In this document: positions 1 through 11,300 of the stretch, piece by piece | Position numbering within the stretch: position 1 is the first letter of the stretch | Layout: each line of letters opens with the position of its first letter | Assembly: GCA_038230375.1 (NCBI GenBank) | Contig: JBBRNJ010000053.1 | Span: 1-64,000 of the forward strand | DNA from: Polyangiales bacterium | GTDB taxonomy: Bacteria > Myxococcota_A > Polyangia > Polyangiales > Polyangiaceae | Direction: 5' to 3' | Length of the DNA: 64,000 bases | Program-made: the position numbers and the translations under genes | Notes under the pieces: model-generated | Seen by the model: only the letters and a program-made list of their open reading frames with translations | Told to the model about the DNA's origin: nothing | Database searches by the model: none

Positions 1-77
1 CCCACATCGCCGAAGCTCCAGAGATGGACGCGGCGGCCGAGGTCGGGGCTATCGAGGAGGCGGTGTCGCGCAGACAT
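1..77 (-). CDS. Esterase/alpha-beta hydrolase family protein, N-terminus only (runs off the window)
   Basis: ATG at 77 gives MSARHRLLDSPDLGRRVHLWSFGDVG, resembling the 'SPxLGRxMxLxxFG' start of putative esterases; not in the ORF track because it is truncated. Confidence 0.55.
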   Translation of the reverse strand, partial: MSARHRLLDSPDLGRRVHLWSFGDV

Positions 78-100
78 GGCGCGCGGCCTCTACCACAAGT

Positions 101-583
101 TCAAGCGACGAAGCAGTAACACCAGAAGCCCACGCCCGCGTCCGACAGCACGGCATACACGGTGTCGCCCACTTTGTGAGACTTGCAGAATGCATCTATC
201 TTCGTGGCGCTGTCCGGCGCGCTCGCGGTGGTGTCTGCGCACGCGAAGTCCAGCAGTCCTGTGTAGTAGGCGCCGGACGCAACGCCCCCACACGAGGTCT
301 TGATCGACGCCCGCATATCCGCGGTGCACATGCCCAGAGGGTCTGCGTCCGCGCCTCCATCCATGTTGGTGCTCGCGGCATCCGCGGCGGCGCCGTCCGG
401 CAGCGGGTTCGCGCCCGCATCAAGGCCGGGCTCCTTCACCGTGCCGTCCGCGTCCTGCTCGGAGGCTGCGTCGGCCGAGTTCTTCGCGAGCTCACCTGAC
501 GAAGAGCAAGCGACGGAGAGCGCGGCAAGCGTGAGCGCAGTGATGACGGAAGCGGTACAAGAAAAGGTGCATTGAAGGCGCAT
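101..583 (-). CDS. Cys-rich lipoprotein, hypothetical
   Basis: Hydrophobic signal ending LSVAC, DA-rich linker, Cys-rich C-terminus; start moved to ATG 583. Confidence 0.65.
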   Translation of the reverse strand: MRLQCTFSCTASVITALTLAALSVACSSSGELAKNSADAASEQDADGTVKEPGLDAGANPLPDGAAADAASTNMDGGADADPLGMCTADMRASIKTSCGGVASGAYYTGLLDFACADTTASAPDSATKIDAFCKSHKVGDTVYAVLSDAGVGFWCYCFVA

Positions 584-642
584 ACCAGGGCTTGTGCAGA
601 CCCCTCCCGCTTCGTCACCGATTTCTCTGCTACGGTGAAAAG

Positions 643-1590
643 ATGGGTAAGGGCGCTCGCTCCTTGGTCGTTCCCGCCGCAACAACGCTGCGATTCTCTC
701 TCCTCTCGGCAGGCGTGCTCTCGGTCGCGGCGATGCTCGCCGGGGTTGCTTGCGGCGGCAGCAAGGACGGAAGCGGCTTCGACAAGACCGACGGTGGCGG
801 TGGCGGCGGGCTGCTCGGCGGCGGCGAAGGCGGTGGCGGCCCCAACTTCGGCGGCGAAGGCGGCAACACCACGGGCGGCGGCGACGCTTCGGCGGACGGA
901 TGCCCTCCCTCCGCGACGCTCGTGTACGTCACCGGTCAGGGCGACAAGCTCTATAGCTTCTACCCGCCCGATCAGACATTCACGCTCATCGGCAAGTTCG
1001 ACTGCCTCTCGAACCCCACGCACATGACCGTAGACCGGCAGGGCAACGCGTGGGTCGTTGCCGGCGGACAGATCTACAAGGCGAGCACCGCGGACGCGTC
1101 GTGCTCCGCCGTCTCCACGTGGAAGCCGAACGGCAACTACTCGGACTTCTCGCTCACGTTCATTGGCATCACCAACACCGTGGACAACACGCTGTTCGTC
1201 CTGAACAACTCGTCCAAGCTCTCCTCGTTCGACATCGGCTCGGGCGCGCTCACCAGCATCGGCAACGTGGGTACGTCGGCCACGCTTGGAGACATGACCA
1301 GCAACGGCGACGGCACGCTGTTCTTCTTGAAGGACGTCTCGACGCCGGTGCTCTACGACTTCAGCCCCACGGATGCATCCACCATCGGCTCCAACGCGAT
1401 CCAGGCGATGGGCGGTGGCAGCCAGGCCCTCGCGTTCTGGGGCGGTCGGTTCTACGCGTTCGAGAACAGCGACATCAACGAGTACGACCCCATGATGAAG
1501 ACCACGAAGAGCATCGGCACCGCGCCGCTCTCCGTCACCGGAGCAGGCCAATCCACCTGCGTTCCCAAGGTCCCGCCCACGACGAAATAG
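643..1590 (+). CDS. Myxobacterial-type lipoprotein with Gly-rich linker and predicted beta-propeller
   Basis: Lipobox-like GVAC, poly-Gly linker, repeated beta-strand units (MTVDRQGNAWV, ALAFWGGRFYAF, VTGAGQSTC). Confidence 0.75.
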   Translation: MGKGARSLVVPAATTLRFSLLSAGVLSVAAMLAGVACGGSKDGSGFDKTDGGGGGGLLGGGEGGGGPNFGGEGGNTTGGGDASADGCPPSATLVYVTGQGDKLYSFYPPDQTFTLIGKFDCLSNPTHMTVDRQGNAWVVAGGQIYKASTADASCSAVSTWKPNGNYSDFSLTFIGITNTVDNTLFVLNNSSKLSSFDIGSGALTSIGNVGTSATLGDMTSNGDGTLFFLKDVSTPVLYDFSPTDASTIGSNAIQAMGGGSQALAFWGGRFYAFENSDINEYDPMMKTTKSIGTAPLSVTGAGQSTCVPKVPPTTK

Positions 1591-1621
1591 CGCCTGCGCG
1601 CACGCGCGAACTGCGTGCAGT

Positions 1622-3655
1622 CTACAGGCGTTCGGCGATGCGCTCTGCGGCGCGCGTGGCCATGGCCATGATCGTGATCTGGGGGTTCACGCCAAGGGGA
1701 CCTGGAACGGTGCTGCCGTCCACGATGAAGAGCTTGTCGATCGCGTGGGTCTCGTGATCAAGATCGACGACGCTGGTCTTGGGGTCCGGGCCCATCTTGC
1801 AGGTGCCGAGCGGGTGGTAGCTGGTCCAGCCGAAATCCGACGCCGCGAAGCGTGACTTCTTGAAGGCCTCGAACTCCTTCTGTCCCTTCACCTCGTGCGC
1901 GCCGTTGAGCACCGGGTAGACCGCCTTTGCGCCCGCGGCGAACGCCATCTCGCCTGCCAGGATCATGGAGCGGTGCATGCGATCCACGTCGCTCTGCGTG
2001 AGGTTGTACGTGATGGCGGGCAGCCCGCGCGCGGTGCGCCACACGCGCCCGTTCGGGGTGGAGTCTGCGTTGAGGAGCGCGAACGACGCGATGTTGTCCA
2101 GGTGCTCGAAGGCCTCCATCAGACGGCGACCGGTCTGCGGGAAGAGCACCCACGCGATGTTGCGATCGGGCTGGGCGCTCATGATGACGATCCCTTCCTT
2201 GATGAACTGATCACAGCCGTAGCCCTGCGGCACGTGTTTATGGCCGCGGATCTGATCGTGCATGAGCGCGGAGAAGCCCGATGACGGATGGAGCGTGAGG
2301 TTCCGCCCGACCTGCCCGCTCTCGTTGCAGAGCCCTTGCTGCAGAAGGAGGAGCGGCGTGGGAATGGTGCCGCCGGCAAGAATGACGGCGTTCGCGTGGA
2401 TGGTGACGGTGCGGCCGTCCTTGGTCTTCGCGCGCACGCCCTTCGCCACGCGGCCCTCGGTCATGATCTCCGTGACGGTGAGGCCGGTGTACGCGACCGA
2501 GCCGCGCTCCAGTGCCGCGGGCATGTACGAGAGGTTGGTTCCGCGCTTTGCGTCCGTGCGGCAGCCGAAGTCGCAGAAGCCGGAGCCGTCGCAGCCGGGC
2601 GCGTTGCGCGGCACGGTGTAGTGCGACCACCCGAGCTTGTCGCAGCCGCGTGACATGACGTCCGCGATGGGGCCCACGACGTTCCGCGGCGACGGCGCGA
2701 CCTCCAGGAAGGTCTCCACGCGCTCGAAGTAGGGGCGCATCTTCTCCTGCGAGAAGTCGGTGGTGCTCATGTCGTCGCACCAGCGATCAAGGACCCACGG
2801 AGGCGTTCGATACGACGTGCCGCCGTTCACCGCAGTGGAGCCACCGAAGAGGCGACCGATGAAGATCGGGATGACCGCGTTTCCTACGCTGAAGGCAGCG
2901 CGATAGAAGCGCTGGTGCGCGCGCACGGAGCTGCCGTCGAAGGCGTCGCGGCGGTGGTGCTCCCCTTCTTCCACGAAGAGGACGGCGTGTCCGCGCTCCG
3001 CGAGCTCGCGTCCAACGACGGCGCCGCCCGCGCCGGTGCCCACGACGACGACCTCGCACTCGAGGACCTCGCCGTCCGCGATGTCCGCAGAGGTCTTCAT
3101 CTGACGGAGCCAGCGCGGCTGCTCGAGCGACGAGACGACGTTGAGCTTCCCGCCCATTGCGCCGTAGACGTCCGGGCGATCGAAATGGACGAACTTGAAG
3201 ACGGTGCTGACGAGCGTGAGCCAGACGCGGACCACCGGGTCCGTCTCCCATGTGGCAAGGAGATCGTCCTGTTCGGTGGCGGTGAGGTCGTGGAAGGGCC
3301 GACCCGTGCGCGTGACGGCAGCGGCGGAGAGCCCTGTGAGCGCGGTGTTCCAGACGGCGGCTGCGGCGGGGTCGAACGAGCGAACGACCTCCTCGGCGCG
3401 AGCAACGGTGGCCTCGTCCGCTTGCGGGATGGAGGAGGAGCCCGGGATGATCGCCTCTGCGATGGCGACGGCGGCGCGGTACGAGAAGGCATGACGATCC
3501 CGGGCAACGACGCTGGTTGATGAGCGGCCGTTGCTGGCGGAGTCTGCGGAGCCCAGCTTTGCCAGGACCCCAGACTTTCCGCTGAACCTCGAGAGGACAT
3601 CAGACAGAGTCATGTGGCAGGCGCGCGATTTAGCCGATGCAGCGGCATTCGTCAT
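1622..3655 (-). CDS. GMC family oxidoreductase (long-chain alcohol oxidase-like)
   Basis: VVVGTGAGG FAD motif, GGSTAVNGG, CxGSGFCDFGC, C-terminal HPLGTC and GVNPQITIMA; start at 3655 or 3613 (the ORF-track extension overlaps the next gene). Confidence 0.9.
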   Translation of the reverse strand: MTNAAASAKSRACHMTLSDVLSRFSGKSGVLAKLGSADSASNGRSSTSVVARDRHAFSYRAAVAIAEAIIPGSSSIPQADEATVARAEEVVRSFDPAAAAVWNTALTGLSAAAVTRTGRPFHDLTATEQDDLLATWETDPVVRVWLTLVSTVFKFVHFDRPDVYGAMGGKLNVVSSLEQPRWLRQMKTSADIADGEVLECEVVVVGTGAGGAVVGRELAERGHAVLFVEEGEHHRRDAFDGSSVRAHQRFYRAAFSVGNAVIPIFIGRLFGGSTAVNGGTSYRTPPWVLDRWCDDMSTTDFSQEKMRPYFERVETFLEVAPSPRNVVGPIADVMSRGCDKLGWSHYTVPRNAPGCDGSGFCDFGCRTDAKRGTNLSYMPAALERGSVAYTGLTVTEIMTEGRVAKGVRAKTKDGRTVTIHANAVILAGGTIPTPLLLLQQGLCNESGQVGRNLTLHPSSGFSALMHDQIRGHKHVPQGYGCDQFIKEGIVIMSAQPDRNIAWVLFPQTGRRLMEAFEHLDNIASFALLNADSTPNGRVWRTARGLPAITYNLTQSDVDRMHRSMILAGEMAFAAGAKAVYPVLNGAHEVKGQKEFEAFKKSRFAASDFGWTSYHPLGTCKMGPDPKTSVVDLDHETHAIDKLFIVDGSTVPGPLGVNPQITIMAMATRAAERIAERL

Positions 3656-3771
3656 GGATTGTGGGCCCCCAGGCCTGCGATCGCCAGGAGGGCCCCGAAT
3701 CGAGCCGTTTTCAGCAGTGTCCGTTGGCTCGCCGCGCCCCTCCCGACAGGCGTGGGCCAGGTGAGCCGCGG

Positions 3772-4695
3772 CTACATCGCGGTCTCGTGGGCTTCGTCCG
3801 TCTCCTTCGCCTCGACCGACACGATCATCGGGGACCCTTGCGGCGCGGGCACGCGGATGCGGAAGAGCAGCTTTGTCGTGAGGTGATCGACGGCGCGCCC
3901 CACCCTGCCGTCCAGAGGAAGTACCGCGCTCATCTGCGCTGTCGCGTGGCCCTCCTCCATCACGGACCCGGGCGGTAGATCCGGGATCTTCATGCCGCGC
4001 ATGTCGAGCGTGGCGTGCACGGAGAGGCACTCTGCGCCATCGATGTTGGTGGTGCCGTCGAGCCAAACCTCGCCCTTGATGGTCGACACGTCGACCCCGT
4101 CGTCCTTGAAGGACGCGATCGCGAGCGGCTCGTCGATCGCCCAGTGTGCGCCGATGGCCTGCGGCGTCTTCGGCCCGAAGATCTCGTCGTCGCTCGCACC
4201 ATCGAGACCGAGCTTGAGCAAGGAATGAAGCGCCTTCCGGACGTCTTCGCTTGTCGGACTTCCGTCGACGATGATGTCGGCGTCCTTCTCCTTCGCGTGC
4301 CGCGTGAGCTCGATGATCGAGGCCGGCAGACGTTGACCGTCGGACGTGAGGTCCTTCACGTCGTAGCGGAGCCGGGTACTGCGTCCCTTCGTGTCCACGG
4401 CGACCACGGTGCTCACCGCGTCGTAGTGGAGGGTGTGCTTCTCGCGCTTGTCGTGCTGGTCGGGGATGGGGGCGCCATCGCGGGTGATCTTCGTGATCAT
4501 GTCCGAGGCGTGATCCTTCACGAAGTGGAGGCGCTCTCCGACGCGGCTCTCGCGCCCGAAGTGGACGGCGTAGGTCTTCGCCCCGGGGGCCGCTGGGGGT
4601 GCCGGCGCGGGCGCGGAAGTGGGTGCCTCGACCGTGCTCGGCGTGTTCGCGCAACCGGCCGCACCAAGGACAAGAAGGATGAACGCGTGCTTCAT
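3772..4695 (-). CDS. Hypothetical lipoprotein
   Basis: MKHAFILLVLGAAGC lipobox, Pro/Ala linker, GC3-rich frame. Confidence 0.75.
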   Translation of the reverse strand: MKHAFILLVLGAAGCANTPSTVEAPTSAPAPAPPAAPGAKTYAVHFGRESRVGERLHFVKDHASDMITKITRDGAPIPDQHDKREKHTLHYDAVSTVVAVDTKGRSTRLRYDVKDLTSDGQRLPASIIELTRHAKEKDADIIVDGSPTSEDVRKALHSLLKLGLDGASDDEIFGPKTPQAIGAHWAIDEPLAIASFKDDGVDVSTIKGEVWLDGTTNIDGAECLSVHATLDMRGMKIPDLPPGSVMEEGHATAQMSAVLPLDGRVGRAVDHLTTKLLFRIRVPAPQGSPMIVSVEAKETDEAHETAM

Positions 4696-4708
4696 GGAAC
4701 CGATCCAA

Positions 4709-5926
4709 TCACATCGCGGGCGGTCCCGCCGCGCCCATGATCGCTCCGATGTTCGTGGGCGACAGGAACTCCGCGGGTGAGATTGTCCCGGCGTTCATTT
4801 GCACGAAGCCGTCCATGGCCTTCTGGTTGCCGTGGACCGCGCCGAGCAGGTGCTGCATCTCCGGCGGCGGCGGCGCGAGCGTTGCGAGCTTGCACGTGAA
4901 CTCGTACATCGGCATGACGTGCTCGTCGCGCGCTCTCTGGTAGTCGCCCATCGCCTCTTCGAACGAGCGCGCTCCGGTGAATGTCTCGTCCAGCGCCACG
5001 GCACATCGCTCGGCGTCGCGGAAGGCGTCGTTGATCCCCTGGGCGGTGATCGGATCCTTGGTGTGGCCGGCGTCGCCCACGAGCGCCCATCCAGGACCAA
5101 ACGGCTTGCGGAAGAAGTTCGGCACCGCGGCGCCGGCGAACTTCACCTCGCGTTTTGCGCTGCGTAGCCGTTCGGCGAAGGCGGGCACGAGGTCGAGCAT
5201 CTTCAAGAAGTTACCCTCGACGTCCTTCTTGTTTGCCTCGAACTCCGCGTGCGGCCATCCGCCGACGATGAGCGTCAGACCGTCGTGGGTCGGCGCTGCT
5301 GCAAATCCGCGCCTCTCTCGGATGTAGGTCTCGAACCGTCCGTTCATCGGAAGGCCGCTCCAGTAAGAGTAGTACGCGGCGAGCAGCGGCGGCTTCTCGT
5401 TGTACTGCGGAGGGCGGACCGCCTCGGCGACAAGGGAGCGCAGACCATCCGTGCCGATGACGACCTTCGCGCGTTCGGTGACGGTGCCGCCACCCTTCGA
5501 ATGGCCCTTGATCCCCACGACGCGTCCGTCCTCCATCAAGAGCTCCTCGACGGTGAAGCCTTCACGGATCTCGGCGCGGGCGTCGGCCGCCGCGTCCACG
5601 AGCAGCTTGTCGAGGATGGTCCGCCGCGCGCAGTAGGCCACGGGGGCGTCCTTCGTGCCCGGCGATCCGCTGAGGGTGAATGGACCAAAATCGAATGTGT
5701 ACGTATCGATCGGCGGGCAGCCGGTCGCGACGAGGCGGTCCAGCAGTCCCCATCGCGAGAGCGCGGCGACCGCGAGCGGCTGCACGACGTGCGTCGACAC
5801 CGTGTCGCTCGGGAAGGTCGCGCGGTCGACCACGAGAACGCGGTAGCCCTTGCGTGCAAGGAGCATCGCGGTCGGTGAACCTGCGCAGCGCGCTCCCACG
5901 ATGATTGCGTCGTATGACTTGCTCAT
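4709..5926 (-). CDS. FAD-dependent oxidoreductase/monooxygenase (FAD_binding_3-like)
   Basis: YDAIIVGARCAGS, IGTDG, LVGDAGHTKDPITAQGINDA motifs; ATG 5926 overlaps the upstream stop. Confidence 0.9.
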   Translation of the reverse strand: MSKSYDAIIVGARCAGSPTAMLLARKGYRVLVVDRATFPSDTVSTHVVQPLAVAALSRWGLLDRLVATGCPPIDTYTFDFGPFTLSGSPGTKDAPVAYCARRTILDKLLVDAAADARAEIREGFTVEELLMEDGRVVGIKGHSKGGGTVTERAKVVIGTDGLRSLVAEAVRPPQYNEKPPLLAAYYSYWSGLPMNGRFETYIRERRGFAAAPTHDGLTLIVGGWPHAEFEANKKDVEGNFLKMLDLVPAFAERLRSAKREVKFAGAAVPNFFRKPFGPGWALVGDAGHTKDPITAQGINDAFRDAERCAVALDETFTGARSFEEAMGDYQRARDEHVMPMYEFTCKLATLAPPPPEMQHLLGAVHGNQKAMDGFVQMNAGTISPAEFLSPTNIGAIMGAAGPPAM

Positions 5927-7407
5927 ATTTTTCCCCGTTCCTCCGCGATTCGTTGGCCGATGTCCTCGACGGCGTCGAGCAACGCGTCCACGTCTGCTCG
6001 CTCCGTTCGGAAGTTGACGATGCACGCCCGCAGCGCGAGCCGGCCACCAAGGACGGCACTGGAGCAGAACGCGCGACCGTCGAGCTGGAGCTCCGTCTCG
6101 ATCCGTTTGTTGAGCGCGTCGAGCGCGGCATCGTTGCCACGCAGCGCGGGCGGAACGTATCGAAAGCAGGCAATCGACAGATCCCCCTGGCTCATTCGCT
6201 CCAGGTGCTTTCGCCCCTCGACCTGTGCCTCGAGGTAACGAGCGAGGTCCACGTTGCGAGCGATGCTCTCCGCGTAGGGCCTGCGCCCGTGCGCCAGGAG
6301 AGAGAAGAACACCTTGAACGCGTTGAACCCGCGCGAGAACTCCGGACCGTAGAGGCCAAGGTCGATACCGTCGCCCGTGCGCTCCTTGTCCTGACGAACG
6401 TAGGCAGGAAGCGGGAACCCGAATGCCTCCTCGAGCTTCCGCGGATCACGCGCGACCACGCAGCCACCGGCGATGGGCGTGTTCAGCCACTTGTGCGGAT
6501 CGAACGCGATCGAGTCGGCGCGATCGATCCCGCGAAACAGGGGCTTCAGAGAGTCGGCAAGGCACGCAAGCGCGCCATACGCTCCGTCCACGTGGAACCA
6601 CGCGCCGTAGCGGGCAGCGAGGTCTGCAATGCCGTCGAGCGGATCGATGGCACCGGTGCCGACGGTGCCGGCCGTCGCGACGATCGCCGCGGGTTTCACG
6701 CCCGCTTCGACATCCTTCAAGAGGGCGTGTTCGAGCGCGTCGAGACGCATCTGGTAGCGATCGTCCACGGGGATCTTCCGAACGGCGTTGCTGCCCATGC
6801 CAAGCATGTCGGCAGCGCGGTCGATCACGATGTGAGCCCCTTCGGACGTGTAGATCGCCATGCGAGGCGCGGTGGCCATTCCGTCTTGCCGCACGGCGCG
6901 ACCCGCACATGCGTCGCGCGCCGCCTTGAGCGCAACGAAGTTCGCCATGGCTCCGCCCGAGGTCAGTAGTCCGAACGCGCCGCTGGGTAGCCCGAAGACC
7001 TTGCTGGCGAACCAGCGCGTGAGGTGCGTCTCGATCGTGATCGCGCCTGGTCCCAGACGAAACGATCCGGCGTTCGCGTTGAGCCCGGCTGCGAGCAGAT
7101 CGGCGACCGCGCCAGGGACCGTTCCGGCACCGCAGATGTAGCCCATGAACCGCGGGTGACCGCTGTAGGTCGCGGAGTCGAAGAGCACCTTGCGAGCGTG
7201 GGCAAGGAGCTCGTCGCACGAGAGCGGCTCTTCCGGAATGGGCGGCGCGATCGCCTGCAATGCCTCCGGTGCCCACGCACCAGAGACCGGCCTTTCGGGC
7301 AGCGTGCGAAGGAGCTCGCACCACAGATCGAGCGCACCTTGGCCCAGAGCCCGGGCTCGATCGGGGGTCCAATCGAGCTCGCGCACGAAGCGTTCTTGTT
7401 CGTTCAT
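5923..7407 (-). CDS. Group II PLP-dependent amino-acid decarboxylase
   Basis: HPRFMGYI, TSGGAMAN, ATAGTVGTGAIDPL, HVDGAYG, DPHKW (PLP lysine). Confidence 0.92.
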   Translation of the reverse strand: MNEQERFVRELDWTPDRARALGQGALDLWCELLRTLPERPVSGAWAPEALQAIAPPIPEEPLSCDELLAHARKVLFDSATYSGHPRFMGYICGAGTVPGAVADLLAAGLNANAGSFRLGPGAITIETHLTRWFASKVFGLPSGAFGLLTSGGAMANFVALKAARDACAGRAVRQDGMATAPRMAIYTSEGAHIVIDRAADMLGMGSNAVRKIPVDDRYQMRLDALEHALLKDVEAGVKPAAIVATAGTVGTGAIDPLDGIADLAARYGAWFHVDGAYGALACLADSLKPLFRGIDRADSIAFDPHKWLNTPIAGGCVVARDPRKLEEAFGFPLPAYVRQDKERTGDGIDLGLYGPEFSRGFNAFKVFFSLLAHGRRPYAESIARNVDLARYLEAQVEGRKHLERMSQGDLSIACFRYVPPALRGNDAALDALNKRIETELQLDGRAFCSSAVLGGRLALRACIVNFRTERADVDALLDAVEDIGQRIAEERGKI

Positions 7408-7413
7408 GGCTTT

Positions 7414-8316
7414 TCAGGCCGGCTTGCGGCGAGCGGCCACCAGCGTGAGAAACGCACCGGGAGGACTGGGCAACGTCCGCACGTCGGTGAGGCCGATCTC
7501 GCGCAGCGCGGCTTCAACGGGGCCCGGGCCGACCTGGTTGTTGCCGTACATGGTCGTGCGCAGCTGCCAGAGCGCGGCGCTCTGCGGATCCAGGTTCGGG
7601 TTGATCGCGCTGATCAGCATCCAGCCCCCCGGGCGAAGCGCGCGGTGGGCGCGCTCGTATGCCGTTCGGACGATCCGCTCCGGCATGAACGGAATCGGAA
7701 CCCACGCCAGATCGAACGCGGCCTCGTCCTCGAGGCTCTCGGCGCCTTGCTCGCGCAGCTCGATCCGATCGCCGAGCCCTGCTTTTTCGACGTTCTTGCG
7801 CGCAAGCGCGAGCGACGGTTGCCACGGATCGATGCCGACGATGTGTAGCGCGGGCCAGTTGCGTGCGATCGCGATGGAGAGCGCGGCGACACCAACCCCA
7901 ATGTCGAGGAAGGCGCCGCCGGGCGCGCTCAACCGATCCGACAGTCCTTCGAGGCTCGGCACGACCATGCGCGCGAGCGGCTGCGCGAATCCGACGGAGA
8001 CGTCTCCCGCGCTCTGGAGCAGCTCGGGCTCCACGTGGCCCCAGCCTGTGTTTCGTGTCTTCTCGAAGAGCAGCTTGGCCTCGAGCGCAAGGGTGAAGCG
8101 GAGCTCTGCGAGGAAGGGTCCCACCTCTTGCGCGCTCACGTTGTCCAGCACATCCCCCGCGCCGAGCGCACCGAGGAGACCCTGGACGCGCGCGGCAAGG
8201 GCGGGATCCAGCGGAGTGCCGCTCGCGTGTGCATCGAGCGCGGCGCCGAGTGCGGTGAGCCCCGCGGCGGACGCGTTGTGGCGGTTGATGAACTCACGAA
8301 GCGCTTGAATGCTCAT
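7414..8316 (-). CDS. Class I SAM-dependent methyltransferase
   Basis: FLDIGVGVA motif I, ALRPGGW; AGGAG upstream of ATG 8316. Confidence 0.88.
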   Translation of the reverse strand: MSIQALREFINRHNASAAGLTALGAALDAHASGTPLDPALAARVQGLLGALGAGDVLDNVSAQEVGPFLAELRFTLALEAKLLFEKTRNTGWGHVEPELLQSAGDVSVGFAQPLARMVVPSLEGLSDRLSAPGGAFLDIGVGVAALSIAIARNWPALHIVGIDPWQPSLALARKNVEKAGLGDRIELREQGAESLEDEAAFDLAWVPIPFMPERIVRTAYERAHRALRPGGWMLISAINPNLDPQSAALWQLRTTMYGNNQVGPGPVEAALREIGLTDVRTLPSPPGAFLTLVAARRKPA

Positions 8317-8363
8317 CTCGTTCTCCTGTTCGGGGGTTTCCCATATCCGAGGCGTGAATTCCG

Positions 8364-11300
8364 ATGGCACAATGTGCCGTGACCACAGGGGGAGAGCGAA
8401 AATCCGACGGCACGCCGCCGCAAGTTCGGGCTGCGCGCACGATCTGGCTGGGCCGCGGGCGTGAAATGACCGAGCTCCAGGCAGGACTCGAGGATCTGCA
8501 CGCGGCGGGACGTGGGGGTCTGTTCCTCATCACAGGTGAGCCGGGCATTGGCAAGACGCGCCTCGCGGACGAATTCGGTCGCTTGGCCAGCGGCCGCGGC
8601 GTTGCCGTCCACTGGGGTCGCGCATGGGAGGTGGGGGGTGCCCCATCGTACTGGCCATTCATCCAGGTGTTGCAGAGCATCTGCCGTGGCCTCGACACGG
8701 AGGGCGTTCTTGGATTGGTGGGCGCGCACGGTCCGGAGCTTGCCGAGCTCTTGCCTGACCTCCGTCATCGGCTCCCCTCACTTGCGACCACGGGCGCAGA
8801 GAGCGCGACCACGGATCGCTTTCAGCTGTTCCAGGCCGTCAACGCGCTCCTCCATGCGGCCGCTGCGAAGGCTCCGCAGCTGGTCGTGCTCGATGATCTG
8901 CATGCCGCCGATCCGTCTTCCCTTCTGCTCCTGCATTTTCTCGTACGCGATCTGCGCTCGCGATCACTCCTTGTCATCGGCACCTACCGCGAGTCGGAGG
9001 CGGCGCTCGCGCAGGAGGTCGGTCAAACGCTGGCGCGCATCGCGCGCGAGGCATGCGTGCTTCCGCTGCGCCGCCTGGATCGCGATGAGGTGGCCGACTT
9101 CGTGGTGCAGGCGACCGGCGCGGCCTTCAGCTCGGATCGTGTCGCGGCGATCCACCAGCGCTCCGAAGGAAACCCGCTCTTCTTGCGCGAGCTGCTCCAG
9201 CTCAGGAGCCTTGGGCGCGAAGATGACGGTGCGCGACAACCCGAAGGCATCCGCGAGGTGGTGCGCGCGCGGCTCTCGTTGCTCACGCCCGCCGTGCGAA
9301 AGGTGCTCGAGGTCGCCGCGGTGATAGGGCGCGAGTTCAGGTTGGACGCGCTCGCGGCCATGACGAAGACGACCGAGCTGCTCGACCTTGACGGGCTTCT
9401 CACGCCCGCTGTCGTTGCTGGCATCATCGAGCCCCTCGAACAGCATCCCCCGACGTGGCGCTTCACCCACGTGCTCTTGCGGGAAGGCCTCTACGAAGAT
9501 CTCGCGACGGCTCAACGCGCGGCACTTCACCATGCAGCCGCGCTGGAGCTCCAGCGACGACGGAGCGAGCGCGACGGCGACAGTGAGCCGGTCCTCGCCG
9601 AGCTCGCGCATCACCTGCTGCGCGCGATCCCGCTCGTCCCGCGCGGCGAAGCAGCGGATGCGGCGCTGCGTGCGGCCGAGCGCGCGATCGCACTCCTGGC
9701 GTTCGAGGATGCTGGCAAGTTGCTCGCGCGCACCGGTCAGCTGCTCGACGGCGTGGAGGGCGAAGAGGTCCGGCTCTGCGAGGTGCTCCTCTTGCTCGGA
9801 GTTGCGCGCATTCGCGCTGGAGACGTGAAGTCGGGCAAGGAGACGTGTCGACGCGCCGCTGACCTCGCGCGCCATGCTCGGAATGGCGAGCTCTTCGCGC
9901 GCGCAGTGCTCGGCTCCGCCTGCGAGTTCACGCCGGACATTCGCGATCTGACGCTCATCGCATTGCTCGAAGAGGCACTAGAAATGCTGCCGCCTCACGA
10001 CGGCGCGCTGCGGGCACGTTGCATGGCGCAGCTCGCCGCGGAGAGCCAGCCGATGCCCGATACAAGCGGGCCCGTGGAGCTCGCTCGCGCCGCGGTGGCG
10101 ATGGCGCGTCGTCTCGGCGATAGCGACACACTGCGCTTTGCGCTCGCGCAAGCAGGCCTGGCCATGCTGCCCTACGGCCCCCCCGCCGAGCGTCTGATGC
10201 TCGATCAGGAGTGCCTCCGCCTCGCGCACGCCGCAGGTGACACGGTGGTCGCGATCCGCGCTCACCTTCTGATCGAGAGCGACTACCGGGAGCTCGGGAA
10301 TCCGGCCAGCGCGGACGCTCATCTTGGTGCCTACAAGGCGCTGCTTCAGCTCCGGCACGGCGCCTTTTCGTGGATGGAGGGCATGCTCGACGCGATGGCG
10401 GCCCTCATCGATGGGCGGTTCGACGAAGCGGAGCGGTGCTACCGCGAAGCGAGCGAGATCGCCCACAAGGACGAGAGCAAGGCCATCGAGATGTCGGCCT
10501 TCCCGGTCGGGTTCCACCGAGCGGCGGAGAGGTACGACGATCTGCCTGCGACCGAGTCGCGCTTGCGCGCTGCGCTCTGCACGTCTGGCGACGAGCTGCG
10601 GAGCTGCGTTGGCGAGATGTTGCTTGCACAGCTTCACGCGAGAGCGGGCGATCGGACGCGCGCGGCGGCGCAGCTCGCGGCAGTACGAGCGCAGCGGGTT
10701 TTCAAGGAGATCAAGGAGGGCGCGTGGCTCGTCCTGCTCGTTGACGCGTGTCACTTGCTGGGGGATGTGGAGCTTGCAGAAGAGCTCTATGCGGCGCTCT
10801 TGCCTCGCGCATCGCAGTTCTATTTCCTGGGACCGCTCGGCGGGTACGTCGAGCCGCCCTATGGTCGCCAACTCGGGCTCCTTGCCGAGACCGTCGGTCG
10901 CCTCGACGTTGCGGTCGATCACCTGAGCGACGCGGAAGCGAAGACCACACAGGCCAACCTGCGCGCCCATCTGGCGCGCGTGCGCTACGAGCTCGCGGGG
11001 GTGCTTCTTCTTCGCAACAAGAACGGTGACCGGGATCGCGCTCTCGGGCTCCTGGATCATGCACGGACGCTGGCCGTGGAGCTCGGGCAGGTCAGCCTTC
11101 TCCCGCTGCTGGACGAGCGTCGCGCCGTCGTGGCGGCTCTCACGCACACGAACACGGAGACCCCAGCGAACACCGCGAACACCGCGAACACCGCGAACAC
11201 CGCGAACAGCGCGAACAGCGCGAACGCAGCGGCTCCAGAGGCGCGGTTCGCGATGCGCCGCGAGGGCGATACGTGGGAGATAGCGTGGCAAGGGCGCGCG

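Noticed and set aside
3656..4708. N-terminal 350-aa extension of the 1028-aa GMC ORF
   Set aside because: Arg-rich shadow translation overlapping the real lipoprotein gene 3772-4695 in another frame
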